This document shows positions 39,601 to 50,069 of a stretch of 64,000 nucleotides of DNA, one piece after another. The notes beneath the pieces are model-generated. The model worked only from the letters and a program-made list of their open reading frames with translations. It ran no database searches and was not told the DNA's origin. Both the position numbers and the translations under genes were made by a program. The stretch comes from Azolla caroliniana (Eukaryota; Plantae; Polypodiophyta). The DNA lies in contig JBHGNT010000072.1 of the NCBI GenBank assembly GCA_043228905.1, positions 1 to 64,000 on the forward strand, read 5' to 3'. Every line of letters begins with the position of its first letter. Within the stretch, counting starts at the first letter, position 1.

Positions 39601-41178
39601 AACACTCACACCTCTCTCTCTCTCTCTCTCTCTTTCTACATACATGCTCATATATTGTTTGTATATATATAAAATATGTTTTTATTTCTTTCCTGATATT
39701 TTGTCAGCTTGTGCAAAAAAGCTTTGGCCGTATAATTTACAACGATTTCTTGCGGAATGCAAGGTGTGTGTATTCTTGAATAGGAGTTTTATGTTTTAAT
39801 GCTGAATATATTTCTGATCTTTCGTTTTCTTCGCTTAATGGGAGGGGAGCTTTACTATGGGTGGTGGAACTTGAACTCCAGGCCTATACTTACAGCTTAT
39901 AATCCCTGAAGAGCCACTAGGCCAATTTTTGTTGGTGTGTTGTTAATATTTTGTTTTCGATTGTCCTAGTTATTTGGAAGCATCCTCAACTGCATTGTTG
40001 GATCCTTTTAAGACTTTATCTATCGAGGAAAGCTACACAAACCGTGATCTTGAGAAGGTAAACTTTTTACTGTGTCAATGAATGTGCTTTTTAATACAAT
40101 ATGTGTGTGAGCCATGTCCTGCTAAGAATTAATACCATTCTGAGAGGTTTTCTTTTCTTTCTAAAATGTTGTTAAATTTTAAGCTCACATATGATAACAC
40201 TAGGATATAAAAATAAATATAGAGGTTTCACACTTGAAAAATAAAAGGAAAAAGATTGTACCTGGTATATGCTTTTACACAAATAATGTTTACGATCTTA
40301 TATTTTTCAATTTTACTGGATAGGTTTCACAACAAGTGGCAAAATCTCTTTATAAATCAAAGGTAGAGCCTGGAACTCTGCTTCCCAAACAAATTGGCAA
40401 CATGTATTGTGCGTCCCTTTACGCCGGCCTCATATCTCTAATCCATCAACAAAAAGACATCTTGGTATGACCCACTCGCTTTTTTTAATAGTTTAGTTGT
40501 CATTTGTGACAACTGAGGTTAGGGTCACAAAAATATGTTTATTTAAGATGTCTACTTCACAATGCTTTTTGATTAAGTAATTAATTAGCTTGAGAAATGC
40601 CGACTCGATATTGGTTTGGAGATTTTCTTGGCATTCTACTTTGTATAGATTTTAAGACTTTTCGATCATTTTGAACATGTACTTCTGCATATTTATTTGA
40701 TTGATTCTTGGCTTGACAGAATGGCAAACGAGCGCTGTTGTACTCTTATGGTAGCGGTCTTGCGTCAACTCTCTTTTCGGTCCGTTTTTTTGAAGGTGAA
40801 GGAGAGTTCTCTCTCGCGAATATTGCCTCTGTCCTTGATATTTCAAGCAAGATTAATTCCTTTATCGAGGTAATTGTAATTGTAATTGTAATCGTAGGAA
40901 AGTTCATCTTCTAATGGTTGAGCAAGGGGATTGAATTCAAGTTGAATCTCTCTTTTTTTGTTTAATCAATGATTTGTGTAATGCTTTAGGTTTCACCCGA
41001 CGAGTTTGACAAGACGATGAAGCTAATGGAGACTCGCTATGGAGCCAGTGACTACAAATCTCTTGGCGAGAAGAGCAACCTTCGACCTGGAACGTTTTTC
41101 CTTGTGGAAGTTGACTCGTTATATCGACGCTTTTATGATGTGCTACAAGCCAATCCCGTGGCCAATGGTGCCTATTGA
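36206..41178 (+). CDS. HMGS: Hydroxymethylglutaryl-CoA synthase, 462 aa, 12 exons
   Basis: Exons 36206-36277, 37046-37152, 37733-37865, 38130-38273, 38831-38989, 39347-39420, 39523-39598, 39708-39763, 39970-40057, 40324-40464, 40720-40869, 40990-41178 (1389 nt, in frame). Motifs: [24 protein letters not shown], catalytic [46 protein letters not shown]. Confidence 0.97.
37210..37595 (+). mobile_element. 5'-truncated 3'-end copy of the RTE/RTEX-like LINE family, in HMGS intron 2
   Basis: Colinear with 62635-63010 (gcacgtaggcc...catggaccatg...ccattatctc...ccattctggatc...aagatgtaatctctt...ggcctcttaaaag). Flanked by (CT)n on the 5' side and (TTTC)/(CT)/(CA) on the 3' side. Confidence 0.85.
37878..38031. 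mobile_element. MITE-like imperfect inverted repeat (Mutator-type TIR flavour) in HMGS intron 3
   Basis: Left arm atggaaaaaatccaacatttcccc..atcgttttggtatttacca..ccttaagttttt pairs with right arm aaaacttaggg..tggtaaatatgcaaaacgat.ggggtattttggtgtttttgcccat. No TSD recognised. Confidence 0.65.
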
Positions 41179-42100
41179 GTTCTTCTTACTACATTAATAT
41201 TCATATTGATTTTGATTGATTAGTGTTAGGATGCCACAATTTCTAAGATGTAGTTAACAATGAATTTATGTACTAGTGCATGATCATAAAAAACACTTAG
41301 TCTGATTCTAATAAAATGTAGTTTACCTCGGCAACAATTGAATGTTACTAACATTTTTCTCAAATACTTGACAAACTTGCCTCATAGTTCAGCGGGCAAA
41401 GCTTAGTCTCTTGGTTTCAATGATGTGGTAGACCATGTAGGGAACCTCGTTGATATTAATTATACGTAGGGCAGTTCACAATGGATAATGAGCAGTGAGG
41501 AATACACTATTGAGTTGTGTTGTCGGTGTTGTGAACATGCCTCTTAGCAATTGGTTAGTTTGAGCAACATGGGACACCAATGCGTTTGATAATGAAGTGC
41601 ACAACACAATCTCGAGCACATGGGACAAACCCAATCTCCCATATACACTTGATGTGACATTGACAATTAACTTACAACTTACGTGAAGATTTTCAATATT
41701 GATACCTACATATGAGCAACTATGGATCACCCCTAGAATTTGTGTCATCTCTAAATGTGTCACAATGAGTGCATATCTTTGTTTAATTGGAGTTTTGTCC
41801 CCTTGCTAAAATTGAATGAGATAGTTCATATACCCTCTTGATGGTGAGTCACGTGAGCATGGTTGCTATGCACTCTTGAGCTACTAACACACTTACACTT
41901 TGACTTAGTGAACTCTCACTTTGGTCTCTTATTTAGGTTGCCTAACTAAGAAACTATTTAAGGCCTCAATAGGGCTTAAGCATTATATTTACTAAGCATA
42001 TAAGAAATTCACAAGTCATTAGTTGGGATACACCAATAACACATACAAAGATATTAGTGATTGGCTTCAAATGGGCACTTAATACTAATCTCATAGTAAG

Positions 42101-42150
<50 letters not shown>

Positions 42151-42318
42151 GGGGTGAAAGCATGTGGGGATCATTTCCTCAAATGCATATTTAGGTTTTT
42201 TAGTAACATTACAGAACATCCCTCTCCCTACATAGGCATATGATAGGTAGGGGAGTCTAAGAAGTGTTGTAACTAAGTGGATTTTACATACAATTAATAT
42301 AATTGTGTGCTTTTACCA

Positions 42319-42390
42319 AGAGAGAGAGAAAGAAAGATATATTAACGTCTTCTAAGGCCAGAATTGGCCCATGAGACAATTGGTTTACAA
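42319..42390 (-). mobile_element. Very short terminal fragment of the same RTE/RTEX-like LINE family
   Basis: gagagagagaaagaaagatatattaacgtctt..aggcca is the reverse complement of the family tail ggcc..aagacgttaatatatctttctttct. Confidence 0.65.
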
Positions 42391-42456
42391 CAAAATGGGA
42401 TATTTACCCATTCATCGAAAGTAAAAACAAAAAATAGAGCTTAAGCTAAATAGTTA

Positions 42457-45400
42457 GAGAGAGAGAGAGAGAGAGAAAGCAAGAGTGGTGAGGAGGAGGA
42501 GAAGAAGAAGCGAATTTGTTTTTGTTGTTGCGCTCTCTATCGACAACAGAATTGGGCACAAAGACAAGGGTTGGAAAGCCCTTAGTTAGAGCTTCGTAAG
42601 GAGATATAGCAAGTTTAATTTGGTGGTCTGTACTAGAAGCAACGATTGAAAGTAGAAATCGTGTGTTGTCGGCATACACATACTCAATATGTATTGCGGA
42701 CCTCCTATTGTCTTCTTCATGTTCGATCGGGGGAGTTTTGGTTTTCTCTCTTATTCATGGAAAATTATGTTTATCATGGATCGATATCACATCAAGAATA
42801 ATGGATATAAGCATGGATTCCTCATAAACTGTGGGGGACATCGATATGGGAATCATTGATCCAATAAAGAGTAATGTGATGATTGAATGTAATTGTGAAA
42901 GGGAAGAATTTGGAAGCTCTAAGAGGTTTAAGGATTTTGAGGAAGTTAATGAGAACAACTTAGCATATGTTGAGGCAATACATGTAGATGAAGTTGACAA
43001 GGATCATCGTAATTGGGATAGTTTATGGGGAATTGCCTATACCTTGTGTTTGATATTGTAGAAAAAAATGAAAATGTAGCAAAAGAATGCATCGATGAGG
43101 ATGTGCATGATGTGGAAGTTGATGCTAAGGCAATATTGCAATCTTTTGATGTATTCTATGATCGTGCGGTTATATTATTTTTTACCGAGAAACTCCCATA
43201 TATATATAAATTGGATTAAACAGTGGTTGAACACAATAGTGTCACCAATTGTGTTGAGGATACATTTGCAGGACCACGAGGGTTTTATGATGTAGTATTT
43301 CGTTCCCCTAAACATCGAAGTGCATTATTGGCTAAAGTTCCAATATTTTTTGATAAACGATTAGTGCATGTAATGCAATGGTCCCCCCTAGTGGACTATC
43401 ATGCTTTGTTGAAACAAGAATGCCCCGTTTGGGTACTATTGGATTGTAAGCATGCATTTTTATGGCCACTTTTACTAGAGTTAATGAGTCAAATGGGTAA
43501 AGTGTTGGTATCTCCACATGCAAATGTTACAAATAAGTGCAGATTTTGTGTGTTATGGGATAAAGTCGTAAGAGGTCAAGATGGGTGCATATGAACATGC
43601 ATGGTATGAAAAGACTTTCTTTTAAATTGAAGTGGGAGACATTTGCAGGTCATTCTTTTGGATGTGATGAATGGTGTCACTTTATGGCGGAATGCCAACG
43701 TCATTGTCCTTCAACTTTAGAGGTTCCTAATGAAGGGAATGGTAAGGAAGGAGTTGGAAGAGATGTTGGTGTGTTAGATATTGTGGTTGTTATGAATCAT
43801 CTAGAGCATGTTATAAAGAGATCTCATTTCAAGGTTTGGGCCCTAAGAATAAGGGAACTCACTCTATAGATATGGAAAAACAAAGTTTAGTGGTTATAGA
43901 TAAGGGGAAAAAACAGTTGGATAGATATAGTAGTGATGTTATTGTTGATAAAGATTGGCATCGGGTTAAGGGCAAGTCGAAGGGGAAATCAATGAATATC
44001 TAACGTAATAGTTTGCCCACTACTCGTGTGACTACTTGGCAAGGTAATTCAGGAACTAGGGAGGGTCCTCGAAAAGTTCATTGGCAACGATAATTTAGGA
44101 ATAAGGGATTACCCCTTCACATTCAATTTGATTAATTGGGATGGGTTGTAAATTCAACGAATCTCGAGGTTTTCGTCAAGCGGGAGGACCTAAACAAAAT
44201 ATTTTGATAGACAACCCTAAGGATGTGGTGCATGAAAATCTATATGCAGCATTGGAACATGCTTTGACTAGTTTCATGACATCGGTTGCTCTAAAGGAGT
44301 AAGTGCACCCATAACATTGTTGATTGAATAAAAGTGGTAACATGGAATGTGAGGGGGACATGTTCTCCTCATAAGAAGTATATATTATGGGAAACTTTGT
44401 TAAGTAAAGAATGGGATGTATTATGTACAATTGGGCATAAGTGTCATGAGTTAGCAGGATTTATAGTTCATTTGCGTGGATATTCATCATTCTATGCAGG
44501 ACATCTTAATAATCATTATTCAGGTGTGGTATTAATCGTGCGGGATAAATATTATCCCCAAGTGGTGTATAATGATCCTTATGATCGGTTTTGGTTCTAG
44601 AAATCTATTTTTTTGGCGAGGTTGTGTGGGTGGTTGGGATTTATGCTCCTAACCAAGCCACTCAACGTATTGCATTATGTGGCTCACTCCTTCAAACCCT
44701 ATGTATAGGTCGTCCAAGATTATTTATGGGTGATTTTAACATGTGTGTTGATGCATCTCAATCTACGTCTGAACATTCAATCATGAATGATCTTGAGCAA
44801 CTTGCTTGGGAGGTTTTGAAGTTGGATGTTTGGACATGTTTGCAAAGGAATGATCTAGGTTTTACTTTCCAATCCGCTCAACATAGACAAACATGGAGTC
44901 AGTTAGATAGAATGTATGTGAGGCACGATGATTCTTTTTTACCGACATCACTTCGTATGACAATTCTACAAGATGTAGGAATTTAAGATCACTTTCCTAT
45001 TTGTTTGGAGGTTTATAGTCATGCAATTGACATGTATAAATCCTTACTTGGAAAGCCTCCATTACGCTTTAACCCTTCTCTTTTGCTTCAACCTCACTTT
45101 AATTCTCTCATGGAGCAAATTTTGGTAAATTTTTCATAACAAGTGAATCTTAAAGGAGTTAAAGTATGGGATATCATGTTACGAAACATTAAGATCATTC
45201 ATCGTATGTATGGAGTAACTAATGCTTAACGAAGAAGAGGTCTTTTTCGACAATTCTCACAAGTTCTCTCCAGGTGTAATGCATTTTTGATACATGCACC
45301 ATTCATTAAATGAGGAGCTTTTGGATATCCAGAGTCAATTGCATATTATTATTTCTCAGTTGTAGTGCCAAAGTTATCATTATGCTAAGATGCGACAACT

Positions 45401-48400
45401 CAGGGATGGGGTCATAGATAATCAATTTCAATATCATTTGTTTTTTTCAAGCATTACATCCTACTTTTGTCTAATGTGGTACATGTGAAGCAAGGGGATG
45501 ACAATAATTGACATATGTGTTCATTACTTTAAGGAGTTAATTGGCCCACAATTGTTAATGACAAATGAGGTGAGTAGAACACATCATGAGTTTTATGATG
45601 CGGTTGGATGTATTGTGCATGATCTTATTAGTCATGAATTGGATGCGGATATCGTGGAGGATGAGGTGGACATGGTTTTAAGGCATCTTCCTAGTAGTAA
45701 GAGAACTTGTTGGGATGGCTTGACAAATGAAGTTTTTAAGCGATATTTGAACATTTTAAATGGGCCCTTAACTTTGATGTTTCAATATTCTTGAGATTCT
45801 AGGTGTATGTCACAATGTTGGAAGGTTGGTCTAATTAAATTAGTTCCAAATGTGGCATCTCCCGAGTCATTTCATCAATGGAGACCTATTCCTTTGATGG
45901 GGAGGTTATATAAGATATTTACAAAGGTCTTGGCAAATAGATTACAAAAGTATTTGCCAAGGTTGATACATCCTGCCCAATATGGTTTTATTGTAGGTAG
46001 GAATATATTACATAATGTGTTGAATATTCAAATGGCCATGCATTATGCTCGAAACACTCATCAAGAATTGATTATGATACAATTAGATTTGGAGAAAGTT
46101 TATGATCATGTTAATTGGCCCTTTGTTTCTGGATTAATGCATACAATGGGCTTTGGACCTCGTATATCTCACCTCATATTTTTATTAGGACAATATGTGG
46201 TGTCTCGAGTAATGCGTAATGGGGGAGTAACATCAAATATTGCCCTCACAAGATCTGTTCGTCAAGGATGCCCACTTAGCCCATTGTTGTTTGCTATTGT
46301 TACTCATCCCTTGTTAGTGACGCTATCAAGGCTTGCAACAAATGGTGACATTCTGGATCTACACCTTCCGTTTAGAGGGCAACTAGTAGCACAAGCTTTG
46401 GCTAATGATTCTTTTATGTTTCTGCAAGCCTCACAAGATAATCTTGAGAGGGGGATGCTTGTATGCAACCAATTTAAATTGGCTTCCGGATTACATATTA
46501 ATTGGAGTAAGTATAGTCTCATGTCATGTATCGAAAGGGATTTAGAATGTTTCGAATGGCAAGGATCCGTGGTGAAGAAAGGTTCTATTTTTCGACACTA
46601 GGGCTATCCATTAGGAATGAATGTTACAAATAATCAATTGATTGAATATATGTCTAGTAAGTTGAGGGATAAGTTCATGTATTGGAAGTCACAATCTTGG
46701 CCATTTCATGTACGCTTGAAGGTTGTAACCCATGATATTATATTACTTGCCATTGTTGCCATGGACAAAGAAGGCTTTGCATTCTGTTTTGCAATCTCTT
46801 TGATATTTGTTGTGGAAGAAGAGGGATAAGATGGGAATCACATGGGTTGCGTGGAATCATCTAGCAACCCCTAAGAGCTTGGGGGGAGCTGGAATATTGA
46901 ACTTATCTATGCATATGATGGCTCTTAGATTTTCATTATTACAAGACATGTGTTCAAACTCGCAACCATATCTATTTGTGCAATATTTCATTGAGAACAA
47001 GGGTTTAACACATGGGAGGACAACGATTAAGGCTTCATGGTGGCAATGATTAAATGGATGTATTTCACTTAGGATTCCGAGCTCTTCATGTGTTCAATAC
47101 TTGGTTACCTAATGGCAAGAACCACTCTTGTTATGTGTATGAAAACTATCATCTAGTATAGAGCATTGTAATTCTTTGCAAAAAGAGTCACTTGTGTCTT
47201 CTATGTTATTATGTTGGCCAGGAAAGGAGAGATTGTGGTCTCAATTTAATCGTTTGTTTCGTTTGGGGGTCAAAGAGGTGGGAGATATAGTTGAGGCTTC
47301 ATCGCAAATAATTTTGGAGTTTGTTGAAGTACGATAATTATTATGAATCTCACCTAATTATGGGTTTATTTGGCAACAACTACAAAATATTGCATTGATA
47401 CAAGGTCCGTTACCTCTACAAACAGGAGAACAATCGTGGATTGATTGGTGTTTACGGGGTCAAACGCTATTGAACATTACAAGTGACTACTAATCTTTTC
47501 TACCATTGCTCTGTTGAGTCTCTTGGATGGTTATCATCTAAGGCTGAAGAAGAATGGAAAATATGCAAATTTGATCATGGGTGATGGCAGATTTAAATTG
47601 CCACTAGTAGCGAAGGTCTTCATTTGGAGAGTTTTGATTGGAGGATTGCCTTTGGGATTAGCTCTACAATGTTGTGGACTAGCAACGGGTAATTGTTTTT
47701 TTTGCATTGTTCCAATGGAAGATAATACTCATTGATTTATACAATGTCTGATTGCTTGTCAGATTTGGACTTATATTTCTCAAATTTGGCAAGTTTTATC
47801 ATGGCGTTATTTGACACCTAGACAATGGGTGTTTGCAATGGTGGAGCTTTCGGTGAAGGTTAGTCAAGTGAACCATAAAGACCGCAACTACTACTGATGG
47901 TAACAATACCTAGATGTCAGAGTAGTGTTCTTGGGCCACTTTGTGCTCCCTTCAAGGAATGGTGGTCGAATGAACCAAACCCTTTCCGTCAAAGTTGCAA
48001 CATGTAATGGCGCTCATTAGTGAACAAGAAGACCCCTAAATACTCACAAATCCAAACCTTAAATTCTCAAGTAGAAAAACAACAAGAACAAGAAACCTAA
48101 ACCCTCATGAAGATGAGGGGGAAAAATCATAAAATCCCCACTAAGCTGAAAAGAAGAATACGAAGAAGAACTTCCAAAAGAAACCTAAGGGTGCACTCTC
48201 AAAACAAAAAATGTACGACCTAAAATAAGCCCTCTTCTCCTCATTTTATAGAGAAAGAGACCCTATTTTTGGCATTCAATGCTTATATCCCATTTTCTTC
48301 GAAAATGCAAAAAGGAATAATTCCTTAATACGCATGCGGCACAAGTAATTCGAACTCTACACCTCTTGTATATAATTAATGGCCCAAAAATAGAATAATT

Positions 48401-49000
48401 CCTTAATAAACACTAACAATTTGAACTTTAAGCCTCTTGTACATAGTTAATAGCCCTCACCAGGAAGCCATTTAATTTTATTTGTTAAATATATATATCT
48501 TCTCATATATACATATTTACGTTTCTACTACTTTCTACATTCGGGCCCACCACATCATAGCAAAGCGAATGGAAACAAACACGGGATAAAAAAGCTCTTG
48601 CATTATAATCACAACTCAAAATATTACAAAGTCCCATTATTGGGACAAAAACAAATTTTGAGTTGGAAGAGGTCGAGACAACTCCAAAATGAATTCAAGG
48701 AAGAGAGAGCACCCACACACTCCTTGTGTAAAATGAGAGAATCTGAGAATGAAGGAAAATGAGGAATGACTTGTATGGGTCTAAATGTGGCTATTCGGAG
48801 TAGTCGTTGATGGTTAGCTATTGGGTAGTACCTTGGGACTACACATTGGGACACATAGTTGCGACAGACCATGGTGGGGCACCTTTTGGGACTAGGATTG
48901 GGCTCCCTAGTGAGTCCCAATCGGTTTTGGGACCCTGTCGTAGTCGGGACAAAATAGGGACACCACACCAGTGATTATGCAATTGTTAATATTCTTTATT
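42457..49000 (+). mobile_element. Decayed near-full-length L1-clade LINE (ORF1 + EN/RT/zf ORF2) with many stops and frameshifts, interrupted at ~47839-48967
   Basis: ORF1: GPRGFYDVVF...VMQWSP...CPVWV and a knuckle GCDEWCHFMAEC. ORF2 endonuclease: VTWNVRG, IYAPN, GDFN, LDRMY, DHFP. RT: WRPIPL, LDLEKVYD, VRQGCPLSP, LANDS. zf-RVT: CFFC..ED..H.FIQC. Begins at a (GA)n tract. Confidence 0.92.
47839..48967 (-). mobile_element. LTR-like insertion (probable solo or truncated LTR) nested in the L1 3' end
   Basis: L1 coding similarity stops after QWVFA (~47838) and seems to resume at SDYAIV (~48970). The minus strand starts TGTGGTGTCCC at 48967 and carries a TATA-like CTATAAAATGAGGAGAAG (~48235-48252). 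No TSD seen. Confidence 0.6.
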
Positions 49001-50069
49001 AAGACAATGAATCTATTGCTTTGAAGAGTAAAAATCGTAAAACCTTACTCAACATTGGCATTCGGTTGAAGGAAAAGAACTTTTTTATGCTCGTTCATGC
49101 AGTTAAGACTTGGACAAATTGTTTATAGTTTTATTGTTTGGTGCCACAATAGACAATTAATCTTCAAAATAGTTTCGAGATCAATGGGATTTGATTGGCA
49201 ACAAAGGTAGATGGGTAGAACATATTTAAGACTTTGATATTTCCATTGATGATCACATTTTTCATTGATTATTGCCTTTTCAATTTAACACGTCAAATTT
49301 TCTCTACATTTCTTTGCTCCATTCATTAGAATTTTTATCGTCCATAAAGAGGCCAATTTTGACCTATGGGAGATGGGGAAAACCACATTGTTAAAAACAA
49401 AATTGATCGGCACAAAACCAATCAACAAAAAGTTAAAGAAAAAGATATCATTGTTAGAATGGAAAAGTAGGAGAATTGTGTTACTCATTAGAATAAACAT
49501 AGTGTTATTGCATTGCTTATTAAAGCAAACACATATCAATCATGACATGACATGACACTCCACAGAATAATACTCTTGAGTCTTAACAAATCCTAGTAAT
49601 GTTGTAATCAAGAAGGTTTGAACTAAATCCATTGGCAGTTTTGATTCTACCTTTCCTATTTATGAAAGGTTTGTTGATGTGACTATGTCAAAGTTAAATG
49701 AATAGAGAGATATTTACAATTACATTGAAATTTGAATTATGGTCAATATAACCTAATGCGGTTAGTAATCATGGGCTCTCATACATTAATAATCAACATG
49801 TAGTTACCACATTCAAGATATCTTATGTTATTTAGTCTTGTATAGCTTGATCTCAACATTTGAGTCCCGTTTAATTACCACAATCAAGATGAATATTGGT
49901 TATAACATATTATAAAGCACAATCTGAAACAAATAAAAGGATTATATAAATGTTGGTTAATACTATCATTATTCCTACCTTCTTTATATTCCTCTTATTA
50001 TTGATTATTATTGTGATGTATGGTGTGGTTTGGAAAAGGGGTATACATATGATTTCTCTTCATCTCTTT

